This document shows positions 39,943-52,894 of a stretch of DNA of 64,000 nucleotides, piece after piece. The notes under the pieces are model-generated. The model made no database searches, was not told the origin of the DNA, and saw only the letters and a list, made by a program, of their open reading frames with translations. The stretch comes from Octopus sinensis (lineage: Eukaryota), in the NCBI RefSeq assembly GCF_006345805.1, contig NC_043010.1:37324001-37388000 (forward strand), in the 5' to 3' direction. The position numbers were made by a program, and so were the translations under genes. How positions within the stretch are numbered: position 1 is the first letter of the stretch; the number at the start of each line of letters is the position of its first letter.

Positions 39943-40965
39943 TCATTTGATAAAACTACTGTAAGCATCAATAGCTACCTCTACACAGGGGTCGAAATTG
40001 TTTACAAGCTTGGATTAAGTGGTCCTTGTTCATATCAGACATGACTCTAACTATGGCAGCTTTCAAAGAATCTTTGGTGCTATGAGGGTGTTCATTGACA
40101 TTTTTCTCAACGATGTGCCATACATAGTAGTCCAGTGGATTGAGATCTGGAGAATCAGGAGGCCAAATGTTGGGGGGTGATGTGATAATGTAAATTGTCC
40201 GCCATCTATTCTTGTATCATTTGAGCCTTATGTGATGGTGCAGAATCTTGTTGAAAGACATAAGGCCTTCCATTGCATACACTATTGATCCAAGACTTAA
40301 TAACTTTACCCAGAACCTCAATATATGCAGCAGCATTCACCCTAAGGCATTGTTGATAAAAAAAGGGAGGTGGCATCACATGTCCTTCATTACTAACAAC
40401 ATCCAAAACCATGACACTTGCAGGAAATTTTGTGTGCATTACTCTTGGAACCTCAGAAGGTTCTGCACATAGCCATCTGTCATTTCTTCTGTTAGTTTTC
40501 TGGTCCTGGTCAAATTTTTCCTCATCTGAGAAAAACCAAACCACACCATCTTCTGGTAGAGTTTTAAGTTTGTTCAAAAGTTTTTTGGATCTGATTAAAC
40601 AGTTTTCTGTTTTGTTTTTTTTTTTTTCTGACATGAATTGACGTTTCCTCATCACATAAGATTTGCATCTGATGTCTTCATGCACAACATTTTTGATTTT
40701 TTTTGTCTTTCTCACACACGAAATTTGTTTGCAATTGACCTCATTGATTTTCCTGGATTGTTTTCAATGTTTTGCTTAACTTACTGAATAAATTCAGGTG
40801 TCCTGATAGAATCAGAGCATTTTGAATGTGTTTTACGTTTTGATACAGGTAATACGCTTCCATCTTCTTTCTCTAATTCACACCAAATCTTGTGGACAAA
40901 AGATCTTGCAACATTCAGAAAACAAGAAATTTCTAAATCACCATGCTTAACCTTTGTTGTGGCAG
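39943..40965 (-). mobile_element. Decayed Tc1/mariner transposase of the DD37D (maT) family
   Basis: Minus-strand translation across stops and frameshifts: KHGDLEISCFLNVARSFVHKI...RTPEFIQ*VKQNIENNPGKSMRSIA (HTH region), WFFSDE, HTKFPASVMV, FQQDSAPSH...WPPDSPDLNPLDYYVW. Correcting one frameshift gives 37 residues between the second and third Asp. The C-terminus ends FIK* at 39943. TIRs were not identified with confidence. Confidence 0.9.
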
Positions 40966-41843
40966 ACACCTCCAGGTGAGAAGTGGACTGGTCCACTACT
41001 GATAAATAGCGGACTGACACAGTCAGTAATGTCAGTCAGCAAGGTACACTGTTCAGGTGTATGTGTCTGTGTGTGTGCATACATGTGCACATGCCTCTTT
41101 GTCTTCAGATTACTTGAAAGTTGTAAAATGAATGTCACTGTCATACAAGTGGTGTCGTTCATTTGCGTTCTTCTATGAAATCATATCTGGCCATGAGGAA
41201 AGGCGAGGGTTGGTGACAGGAAGGGTATCCAGCCATTGAAAATCTTCCTCACTGAATTTCATGATGATGATGATGATGATGATTCCAGTTATGGCTTTGG
41301 ATGGGCAGAGTATGGAAGAACCAAATCACACATACACGATATGCAAACAAACATACCCCCCCTACTAATATTCACACATGTATGTAACTATACACAGACA
41401 GACCTTACCACCACACATACTGACCCACCACACACACATACACACACACACATGCACAGATATAACATTAGAACATTAGAATAGGGGGGAGGGGCAGGCA
41501 GCTTAGCAATTTTACAGCTGTTTTCAATAGAGTTAGATAAGAACTGTGTCCTAGATAAGATGAAGTTGATACTTTTTCCTGTGTTCCAAGGATAGTTGGG
41601 TACACACAGGCAGTGCGGTGGTGGGTGGGTGGGTGGTTGAGGAGGCGCAGGGAGTGGTGTAGGTGGATTGGTACAGGGGCGAGGTGGAGGGTGGGGGAGG
41701 TGGTGCGGGGTGTTGAGTATGTCATCACATGTTTTATTTCTTTGAGAATATTTTAAACATCTCCTCAATTGCATTATGATTCTACCATTTGAAACACTGT
41801 ACACACACACACATACACACACTCTTTTTTTCTCTCTTTCTTG

Positions 41844-41875
<32 letters not shown>

Positions 41876-42034
41876 TAAACACACACGCACATAAACACAC
41901 ACACAAACATATAAAAACAATTGCATCATGGTACATTCATGTTTGCTATTTAAAGCATGCAAATAACCATTATATTAGCTTTTTTTCATTTCTCTCTGTA
42001 ATCTTATAACAGTATGGTATATTAAGTATCAAAC

Positions 42035-42040
42035 ATGCCT

Positions 42041-42073
<33 letters not shown>

Positions 42074-42159
42074 GTATCTATACTTATATATAGACACACA
42101 TATATATCTATGTTATGTTTATGTATGTATCTGTATACATGTATGTGTATATGCATGTC

Positions 42160-42210
<51 letters not shown>

Positions 42211-42327
42211 ATATGAATATATGTGTGTGTATATATATATATGTGTGTGTATATATATATGTATGTGTGTGTATATATATATATATGTATGTGTATATAT
42301 ATATATGTGTGTGTGTATATATATGTA

Positions 42328-42358
<31 letters not shown>

Positions 42359-42467
42359 GTATGTATGTATATATATATATGTATATCTGTATACATATAT
42401 ATATATGTATATATGTATACATATATATATGTATATATGTGTATGTATATATGTATATGTATATATA

Positions 42468-42532
<65 letters not shown>

Positions 42533-42540
42533 ATATAATA
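42035..42540. repeat. Compound (TA)n/(TG)n/(CA)n microsatellite field, representative
   Basis: Direct reading. Similar fields at 6.2-6.6, 8.4-8.8, 9.66-10.1, 36.9-37.8, 52.8-53.4 and 57.2-57.8 kb. Confidence 0.95.
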
Positions 42541-45500
42541 GCTGCATCATGGTAGAGTCATGATCTACTATTAAGTACCAATGTCTTTCATAATCCATCT
42601 GCAGTCTAGTTACTAATACTTTACTCCAGAGATGCAGCAGATTAATAGACCGTCAGACTCCAGTCACAGATCATCATCATCATCATCATCATCATCATCT
42701 TAACATGCACTTTACCATCCTTGCATATAGGGGAGATTGAATTCATTGAGGGAAACTTTCAATTCCCCAGATGCTCTTTCTGTCACCAAACCTCCCCTGC
42801 TTCCAAGCAAAGTAATAATCCTTAGTCTGTCGAACAATAAATACTTTGGACATAATTAATTACGAGCAACAGAAGCAGTAGTAATTAATACCACAAGGTA
42901 TCCGTAAGAATCTGTATGGGTGGATCTCTTAAGGCTAATAATACAGTATTCAGTGTTCCAACAAAACACCGATGTTTAAGTTGGATGTAGGATATAAAGA
43001 TTACCTTTTCATATTAGTACTGCTTCCGTCATTAATAATTAATTTTTAATAAGCCTGCTGGCTGTTTGCAATATCAGCGTCTGAAAAGATGCTGGTATTC
43101 TGTAGATCGTAGAAGCAAGAATTTACTGGTATGCAGTAACCGGATGCTTCCCACTGATGGTTTGTAGTAGAATGGAATCACATGATGTGGGAATTCCAGA
43201 ACCTATGACAAACAGTTCTTGTCTTCTACGATCTATGTGTGTACTTTTATGCACCAAGCGCCAAATTAAAGGATTTCTCAAGGTTAACAACACAGTATTT
43301 GGTGTTCAAACAAGACATCCATGTTGAGCTGGATATAAAGATTACAGCTTGGATATAGTAACGAGCCCTTTGTTTTCTTGTTTACAAAAGTCACGCAACA
43401 TATCACTACTTGTGAAGCAGCCCAGACATGTTTTTGAGGTTGACTGCAAGCATATGATGCTGCTTATATCGACAGCAGCTCTAACTGTTCACCTTAGGGC
43501 ATTTAATCACATCCTTTTACGTTCTGAGTTCCTGTTCAACCTTGACTTTTCATCTTCCAAAGTCAGTGAAAGATGTAAATGTACCAGCTTGTCATGTGCT
43601 TTGATCATATATATTTCTTTACTGCCCACAAGGGGCTAAACAAGGGCCACAAACAAGGACAGACAAAGGGATTAAGTCGATTACATTGAGCCAGTGTGAA
43701 ACTGGTACTTTATTTATCGACCCCGAGAGGATGAAAGGAAAAGTCGACCTCGGCGGAATTTGAACTCAGAACGTAACGGCAGACGAAATACGGCTACGCA
43801 TTTCGCCCAGTGTGCTAACGTTTCTGCCAGCTCGCCGCCTTAACTTTGATCATATAAACAAGTGTGCACCCTTCATCAACAAAAATTCCTGCATTTCATT
43901 AAGTTCTGATCTCAAATCTTACTGAGGTAAACTTTGCTGTTTCATCCCTCTGAGATCCAATACTAAGTACCACCTTTGTGCTGGGTTAATGTAACTGATG
44001 TTATCTCTCTCAAAGAAACGGAAAGGAGTCAATAATAATACATTTAAATGAACTGTTGTGAGCTATTTCTTTCACTGTACTTCTCTCCCAGAATATGTGG
44101 CCTTGTACCAATGTAAAAAATAAAATTATTGTTAGTATTATTATCATTATTATTACTCAAATTCTGCTGAGGTCGACTTTGCCTTTCATCCTTTCGGGGT
44201 TGATAAATTAAGTACCAGTTGCATACTAGGGTTGATCTAATCAACTGGCCCCCCTCCCCAAAGATTTTTGGCCTTGTGCCTAGAGTAGAGAAAATTATTA
44301 TTACTCAAATTCCGCCTTGGTCGACTTTGCTGTTCATCCTTTCAGGGTCGATAAATTAGGTACCAGTCAAGTACGGGGGTGGGTGGGGGTGATTGATTAT
44401 CCCCCTCCCTGTAAATTCCAGGTCATGTGCTTTTAGCAGAAAGGATTATTATTATCATTATCATTATTTAAAGTGGCAGGCTGGCAGAATCGTTATTACA
44501 AAAATGATAATGAGTGGCAAAAGTGAAAGTAAATTGAATTAAGTGGTTTAGTTCTACCTCTAGCTTCTAAGAACTAATTTGTAACAGGCTCAACTCTGAC
44601 CTTTTATCCTACTAGCAATTGTTAACCTAAGTACCAGGGTATAACAAACAAGGTATCAAATTACCTCTAGTAGCAATTAACAAGATATCAGTTAACCCCC
44701 TCCATTGCAAATAAGAGAAGTCCTTACTATTTGTATTATGTGATGGCTTCATCATCAGAGTAGCCATCACCATAAGTAGGTACAGATTCACCATTCTTGA
44801 CAAACGTTTGCACAACAAATATTCAATGTATAGTGATCCAAACCTATTTCTTTACTACCCACAAGGGGCTAAACACAGAGAGGACAAACAAGGACAGACA
44901 AGCGGATTAAGTCGATTATATCGACCCCAGTGCGTAACTGGTACTTAGTGATCCAAACCATGATAATAACTGGAAGCTAAAGAAATGATAAAACATTACC
45001 TCGTACATAAAGACACCATTTCTACCTACCGGATCATTTTCGTTTGAACGGCAGTTTTTTCTAGCAGTGTCATATGAAATTGTCAGCCATAATTATGACC
45101 CTAGTATCAATCTATTGCATTTCAATCTGTTTTAGGGTTAGGGTTTGTTAGGGGTGGGGGAAGGGTATCTTCTTTTCTTCACAAATGTAAATAAACCCAA
45201 TCTGTCTCTTAAACGAGGGACATATTCATACGGCACAGAATGTTTTTTACCTCAATGGACGTCATTGATTGGTTGAAATTGCAGAAATTGAAGAAAAAAA
45301 CCAACAAATATATCTTACAAACTATAGAATTTTCTCAATAAAGCCAAGAGAAAAAGATGCTTTATAAACACATTTTACCAGTATACGAAGTTTAAAATTT
45401 TTTAGTTACCTAGAAATTATTTCAAAAATTACCATTCAAACCAAAAAGATCTCTACCAGCCTAATTTTACTAGTACCACATCAGAGCTCATATAAAATTT

Positions 45501-47560
45501 GGGAGGTTTTTTCTGCTGCAGCTAAACTAACTACAGTTAAAGAGGGTCTTGCAGTTAGGAGAGGTACTCACAAAATTTATGAATCGTTTTTATTTGTTGG
45601 TTTTATTATAATCCTTATTTAGGTACAAATTTAACCCAATTAACCTATTGTACAATAGTTAACATTAACGAATTAGGTATAATCATCATATTGTTTTATT
45701 AATATAAAACCACAAACTTATTGAAGAGACAAAATCAGAAGTAGAAGAAGAATTTTTAATTTCTATTATAGTTACAAGGCCTAAGTCTTTGAAGGACTGG
45801 TTGATTATATCAACCCTAGTGCTTAACTGGTACTAATTTTACCGATTCTGAAAGGCAGTCAACCTTGGCAGAATTTGAATTCAGAATATAAAACCAGAAG
45901 AAATTGTCCAGGGCAAGTGATAATTCTGCTATCTCACTGCAGCAGCAGCAGTTGCAGTAGCAGTCGCAGTAGTAGTAGTCCTTTGTACTAAAGGCACAAG
46001 GGCTTAAATTTTGGGGCTAGTTGATTACATTGACCCCGGTGTTGAACTGGGACTTATTTTTATCAATTCTCAAAACTTGGTTAGCAGTTAGAGGAATGAT
46101 GTTAGTCGCTGCCCTCACTCATTATATTACTGGTACTTAATGTTATTAATAATGGTGGTGATCTTTTATCTTTTACTTGTTTCAGTCTATATAAGACTGT
46201 GGCCATGCTAGGGCTTCACCTTGAAGAAATTTAGTTAAATGAATCGACCCTTTTTTTTTAAGCCTGGTACTTGTTTTATCAGTTTCTTTTGCTGAAGTGC
46301 TAAGTTATGGAGACATAAACATACCAACATCACTTGCCAGTTTGTTGGGTTAGGCCAATGGGTTATGGGTCTGAAAAAATGCTGTAAAGCTACGCACTTT
46401 AGGGACGTGAAACCCAGGGTAACCTCATAAACTGGCCACATATGACAGGTATCTTTCAGTTTCCATCTACCAAATTCACTCACAAGGTTTTGGTTGGCCC
46501 GAGGCTATAGCAGAAAAAGTACCTTCCAGTTGAACTGAACCCAGAACCGTATGGTTGGGAAGCAAACTTCTTACCACACAGCCACACCTGGTGATTCCTT
46601 GTGTAGGTACAAGTACAGAAACATTTAATCCGATACCTGACTGCTAATTAATTATTTTAGCGTTTTCAGAAAGATGAAAGGCAAACCATCTTTGGCAGGA
46701 TTCATACGATTCACAACATAAAGAGACATAACTAAATACACACCACTAAGTATTTTGTCCAACACTCTTCCCAGTTCTGCTGTGATTATTAGAAACGATG
46801 ATTATTTAATGATTATTTACAGAAGTCCACAGGTTTTTGTTATCTTATATATTTATGCTTAAGTATTAATATCTATTAGATATTTGCGTTAGTTTCTTTT
46901 ATGTATGTTGAGGTTTGCCAAACAGTAGCCCCCCCCCGTTGCCCCAACTACGCGCACATCCAAAAGACCCGCATAACTTAGGGTTCATCACCATGTCTAA
47001 ATCCAGCCTGAGTCATCATCATCATCGTCGTCATCGTTGTCATCATCATCATCAACTTCATCATCATCATCGGTGTTTTCATTATATTGATTATCAATGT
47101 TGTTTGTTTGTCTAGCCTGTAATAATGTCTCTCAGGCTAACACTGAAAAAAAAAGGACAGGGTGTGTGTGTGTGTGTGTGTGTGTGTGGTGGGGAAGCCA
47201 TGATAAATAATAAATTATTAGCAAACTGCAAATCAAGGAGAGAAGGAAAGATTCTAGATAACAACAATGAAACAAATCCCTTAGCTACTGTTATTATATT
47301 GAACATGGAGGGGTAAAGTATGTGTTCATAAGGGAATGGGGTTGTTATTGGGGTTTGAGTTACAGTTTGTTGGTTTCTGTGTAAAATGTATGTCTATCTC
47401 CATGCGTGTGTGTGTGTGAAAGAGAAAGGAAGAAATTAAAAGATGAACTTGGTTTCCCCCTTGCCCTCACCCCATCCCCACTCCCATACCACACATACTT
47501 CATATCTGATATTCATAGATATTTATTTGTTATTCTTGTGTGTGTGCAGATGCATGCATA

Positions 47561-47644
<84 letters not shown>

Positions 47645-47821
47645 AGTAAATCATAAATCTGGAAAAGAAGCATGCTCTAAGTTGTAGAGTAGCAGAGTAT
47701 ATAGATAAAGATAGATATGACCAGTTTGTGACCAGTTAGGCTAACGAGTTTAGGGTCCAAAGAAATGCTGTACAGCTAAGCCCTTTATGGACGTATGAAA
47801 CTGACCATATCTATCTTTACA

Positions 47822-48326
47822 TCTATATATATAAAACTCTAGTTGTGTGAGTGTCTGTCCCCTTCGATTTAGATTCCTAACTCCTCCCACATTTTGCGGT
47901 GCAGTTTAACCAAATTCGGGTATCTTTTAGTCGTGATTCATATCGAGCCCGTCTGACTATTAGCGCGCGTCAACAATGAGTCTACGATTTTAAAAATAAT
48001 TTAACATCATTTTTTATTCCATTTTAATGCATAAAATGCATCGTATGTCGATGGCGGCGGAGTTGGCGTCCACGCTCACAGCTGCACCTGTTTGCTTCTC
48101 CCCCTTCCCTCCCTCGTGAAGCTGTGGGGAAGGAGTGTAAAGAAATCAACGTCGTAATGCGTTGTGAAGGAAACCAGCGTTCTCTTAGAACAACGACTTC
48201 ATGGCTTGAAGACACCAAAACAAAAATGGCTAAGAAAGCCCGAATTTATAAGGGAAGTAACTCTCTAAAAATGCTTATATAGTTATTTCCCTTACAAACC
48301 CGAGCAACGCCGGGCGATACTGCTAG
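47822..48326 (+). mobile_element. Non-autonomous Helitron (505 bp)
   Basis: 5' TCTATATATATAAAA preceded by A. 3' subterminal GC hairpin CCCGAGCAACGCCGGG, then CTAG (48323-26) followed by T. This is the canonical A|TC...CTAG|T insertion with no TSD. Confidence 0.85.
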
Positions 48327-48669
48327 TATATATATATATATGTATGTATGTATGTATGTGTGTGTATGTATATATATATAAAGTTAATCCAAACAAGAAA
48401 ACACAAAAAAACACAACAACGCGAGGACGTGGAACAAATATAGTATTATTGGACGCTCAGGAAAGAAGGAGGGTTTAACGTTTCGAGCGGAGCTCTTCGT
48501 CGGAAACATAGGAGAAGGAAAGATCCAGAGAAGGGAAGACAGAGGGAAAAAAATCGCCAACGGTACACACAAGAAAACTATAAATTAGGGTATCTAAGAG
48601 ATACCACCATGCTGATATAGCAGTTAAAACCCCTGACCCTAAAAACCACCTTAAAATGTTCATATAGTT

Positions 48670-48897
48670 TTAACCCTTTAGCATTCAGATTTCTTTGTGA
48701 AATTTATTGCTTATTTATTCATACTGTTTTGAATTAATCACATATTATTTTGCAACTTCAAAATTTAAACGGTGTGGCTATATATTTTTAAAATGGCATT
48801 GTAGGGTAGGTGTGAGAGGTTGGATCCAGACAGTTTTAACATAAAACACATGGAATATTTGGGCTGGATATGGCCGGATTAAATGCTAAAGAGTTAA
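48670..48897. mobile_element. TTAA-flanked MITE, family 2
   Basis: TTAA-CCCTTTAGCATT ... AATGCTAAAGAG-TTAA. Related copies at 899-1112, about 26930-27102, 50324-50552 and about 59700-59820. Confidence 0.7.
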
Positions 48898-49079
48898 ATA
48901 ATTATTACCTTTGTATGGTATTTATTCCCATGTTGGCCACTTGATAAGATCGATATTATCCTTATTTATAAATTTATATATATATATATATAACTAATGT
49001 AGGATAAAATTTTTTTCAGGAAAAAAATTTTATCAGTGGCCAGCATATCAAAAAATACCTTTAAAGGTTAAATTTATAA

Positions 49080-49290
49080 ATAATTTACAAGATAAGGGCA
49101 AAAGAATAATTCTAATGCCAAATATGCCGAAAAAAAGACAAAAATTGTCAATAACCATTATAATTATAAATTATCAATAAATTGTCAATAACCATTATAA
49201 TTATAATTATAATGGTTATTGACAATTTTTGTCTTTTTTTCGGCATATTTGGCATTAGAATTATTCTTTTGCCCTTATCTTGTAAATTAT
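49080..49290. repeat. Long near-perfect palindrome (arms about 88 bp)
   Basis: ATAATTTACAAGATAAGGGCAAAAGAATAATTCTAATGCC...CATTATAATTATAA is mirrored by TTATAATTATAATGG...GCCCTTATCTTGTAAATTAT. The spacer contains a duplicated piece of the left arm. Confidence 0.92.
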
Positions 49291-49980
49291 ATATAATATA
49301 TATATATATATATCAGCATTGATTTCATGTCCACTTTTCAATGTTCACATGGGTTGGATGGAATTTGTTGAGGAGGATTTTCTGTAACTGGGTGGCCTTC
49401 CTGTCACCAACCCCCATCTGTTTCCAAGTAAGGAATATTTCTTCCTGACCTGGCATGTTTGCACAGAATATTCTTTTCTTTTCTACTCTGGGCACAAGGC
49501 CCGCAATTTTTGGGGAGGGGGCCAGTCAATTAGATCGACCCCAGTATGCAACTGGTACTTAATTTATCAACCCTGAATAGATAGAAGGCAAAGTCAAGCT
49601 CGGCGGAATTTAAACTCAGAATGTAAAGACAGACGAAATACTGCTAAGCATTTTGCCCGGCATGCTAATGGTTCTGCCAGCTCGCCGCCTTTGTTTGCAC
49701 AGAATATTGGAAACAAAGAACATTGCTTGCATTACGGTGACACTTGTTTACAACTATCATGCGAGGTCAACTCAAGAAGACTGTAACATGCACACACACG
49801 CACATATGTGATAGGATTTTTTCAGTTTCCTTCTACCAAATCAACTCCTATGACTTTAATCCAGGGCTATAGGAGAAGACACTTGCTTTAGGTACCACAC
49901 AGCGGGATGGAACCATCTGGTTGGGAAGCAAACTTCTTACCACACAGCCACACCTACACCCATACATACATATATATAAC

Positions 49981-50292
49981 TGGAGGCGCAATGGCCCAGT
50001 GGTTTGGGCAACGGACTCGCAGTCGTAGGATCGCGGTTTTGATTCCCAGACCGGGTGTTGTGAGTGTTTATTGAGCAAAAACACCTAAAAAGCTCCACGA
50101 GGCTCTGGCAGGGGGTGGTGGCGATCCCTGCTGTACTCTTTCTCTACAACTTTCCCTCACTCTTTCTTCTGTTGGCCTGCTTGCTTAGCCAGCAGGAGGC
50201 GTCATTTGAAGGCTAAAACAATGCGAAGTGCATTGTGACCAGCGATGTGTAGCAGCATCTGACAGCGTGATCAGTCATGGTGATCACGGTGA
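49981..50292 (+). mobile_element. tRNA-derived SINE family C
   Basis: tRNA-like head GGAGGCGCAATGGCCCAGTGGTT...GGTTTTGATTCCC. Related heads with a different 3' half occur at 25209-25507 and 56929-57228. Confidence 0.7.
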
Positions 50293-50323
50293 TATATATG
50301 TGTGTGTGTGTGTATTCAGTTGT

Positions 50324-50552
50324 TTAACCCTTTAGTATTTAATCTACCCATATCCAGCCAAAATATTCTACTTGTTTTGTGTTCAAACTGGCTAGGTCTT
50401 GCCTCTCACACCTACCCTACAATGTCATTCTAAAAATATGCAATCATACCATCGAAATCTCGAAACTACAAAATACTTGATGATTAATTTCAAAACAAAG
50501 TGAATAAATAAGCAATACATTTGACAAAGGAATCTGAATGGTAATGGGTTAA
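50324..50552. mobile_element. TTAA-flanked MITE, family 2 (inverted)
   Basis: TTAA-CCCTTTAGTATT ... AATGGTAATGGG-TTAA. The interior is the reverse complement of 48670-48897. Confidence 0.65.
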
Positions 50553-51277
50553 CGTTAGTTTTATACTTCTCCCATCTTTCCAGCTTTGCATGGGGTCAGA
50601 TGGGACCGGGTTTTAAAGCTGGATGCTTTTCTCATTACCAACCTATCATTTTGTATAAGCACCAAGAAATTTGATTAAAAAAAAAACTCCATCTGTAATT
50701 ATTGTGTGAATGCGATATTTCTTGTTATTACTCATGGTCTCAAAAGTATACTTGATATGATGAGTAACACTCTAGTGGTACTCATAATGATCTCTAACAT
50801 TGCCACAAGGTCTCGCATTTCAGGGGAAGATGTATAGATTTGTTATATTGTCCTAGTATATGACTGGTACTTTATTTTTATCGACCCTGAAAATTGATCC
50901 CTGTATAGGCATAGGAGTGGCTGTGTGGTAAGTAGCTTGCTTACTAACCACATGGTTCCGGGTTCAGTTCCACTGCAGGACACTTTGGGCAAGTGTCTTC
51001 TACTATAGCCTCAGGTTGACCAAAGCCTTGTTAGTGGATTTGGTAGATGGAAACTGAAAGAAGCCCATCGTATATATGTATACACACACACATACATATG
51101 TACTCACATGGCTTAGTGGTTTGGGGCATTCAGCTCACGATCGTAAGGCTAGGACACATTGTGTTCTTGAGCAAGACACTTTATTTCACTAAAATGAATA
51201 GTACCTGTATTCTGAAGGGCCAGCCTTCTCACATCCTGTGTCACACTTAATCTCCCAGTGAATTGCATTAAGGGTAT

Positions 51278-51502
51278 GCTGGCAGAAACGTTAGCACGCC
51301 GGGCGAAATGCTTAGCGGTATTTTGTCTGCCGTTACGTTGTGAGTTGAAATTCCACCGAGGTCGACTTTGCCTTTCATCCTTTCGGGGTCGATAAATTAA
51401 GTACCAGTTACGCACTGGGGTCGATATAATCGACTTAATACCTATGTCTGTTCTTGTTTGTCCCCTCTGTGTTTAACCCCTTGTGGGTAATAAAGAAATA
51501 GA
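51278..51502 (+). mobile_element. tRNA-derived SINE family B, representative copy
   Basis: GCTGGCAGAAACGTTAGCACGCCGGGCGAAATGCTTAGCGG...GAGGTCGACTTTGCCTTTCATCCTTTCGGGGTCGATAAATTAAGTACCAG. Similar copies at 4935-5165, 31820-32052 (minus), 43610-43840 (minus), 49480-49690 (minus) and many more. Confidence 0.8.
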
Positions 51503-52847
51503 AGTAGGTATGCCTTGCCTGTGGAGTGGTCAGCCACTTGCATGTTAATTTCATGAGCAGACTGTTCAGTTGATCCACTCAACTGGAACCCTCATTGATG
51601 TAATCAACAGAGTGCCAGATCATTGGAGATTTTGTTTCCTCTGTCTTCCTTTTCTCTTGGACTTCTCTCTGTCTCCTGTTTCTGACAAAGAGCTTTAATT
51701 GAAACGTAAAACTACCTTTCTTTTCTTCCCTGAGCGCCTGCATGTACCATGTCCTTGCATTATTGTTTTTTCTTGTGTTTGTTCTTTGGTTGTTTTTTTT
51801 ATTTACTATATATATATACATATTTGGCTGGATGCCTTGCCTTTCTGCCCTTCCTAGCACCAACCACTTAACAGAGTGTACTGGGTATTTTTCACATGAA
51901 GTGGTTGGCGTTAAGAAGGGCATCCAGTTGCAGATACCATGCCAAAACAGACAACTGGAGCCACCTTGTGCAGCTCTCCAGCTTGCTAGCTCCAGTTAAA
52001 CCATCTAACCCATGCCAGCATGTAAAATGAATGTTAAATGATGACAATGATTGTGTATGTGTGTGTGTGTCTCCTTGTTTTGACATATTTGTGATAGTCG
52101 TAAATGTGTATCCTGGTCACACAAGGAGTGTCATTCATTTCCAGTATTCTGCAAAAACTTGTCTAATTATCTTGCTTGGAAACAGGTGAAGGTTGGCAGC
52201 TGGAAGAGCATCTGACTGACTGTCGAGAATTTTGCTTCAATAAACTCCATTTTATCCATGAAGGAGGCTTGGAAACCAAATTATAATCATTTCTAACATA
52301 ATAGGAAGAAAACAGTTACATCTGCTCCACTACTTGATTGGTACTTCATTTTAACGATCCTGAAAGGACGAGAGGCAGTGCTGACTTTGTTAAGATTTGT
52401 TCTCAGTAGTGTAAAGGACCAGGATAAATACCACTAGGCATTTTGTCTGATGCTCTAACGATTCTGATGAATAATAATAATAATTATAGGTAGCATTGTC
52501 TTGGTAACTGTCATTATCCTCATTACAGTGAAGAAACCTTCCAAGAGAAGTGAAATATTATGTGTATGTATGTATGTATGTATGTATGTATATATAAGAT
52601 GTGTGTGTATATATATATATACGTGTATATATGTGTGTATATATACACACACACACATAGTGTGAGAGGAGAGTAAGCAAGTAAAAAAAAGAGTGATAGT
52701 GTAAACAAGCAAAGGAGGGAGTTGAGGGGGGAGAGAGAGAGACTTGCCTTTAGCTTTTCCATACTACCACTCTCTCTTCCTACCACATCCTGCCAATTTA
52801 TTTCTGATGAATTTCTATTTTCTATAGACTGGTCTAGTTCAAACATA

Positions 52848-52894
<47 letters not shown>

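Noticed and set aside
45130-45156. TTAGGGTTAGGG telomere-like motif
   Set aside because: Only two or three units, inside what appears to be a dispersed repeat. It is not an interstitial telomere array.
49981-50060. tRNA gene calls for the tRNA-like heads at 25.2, 50.0, 50.9, 55.9 and 56.9 kb
   Set aside because: Each continues into a dispersed SINE body and lacks a complete cloverleaf, so they are SINE heads.
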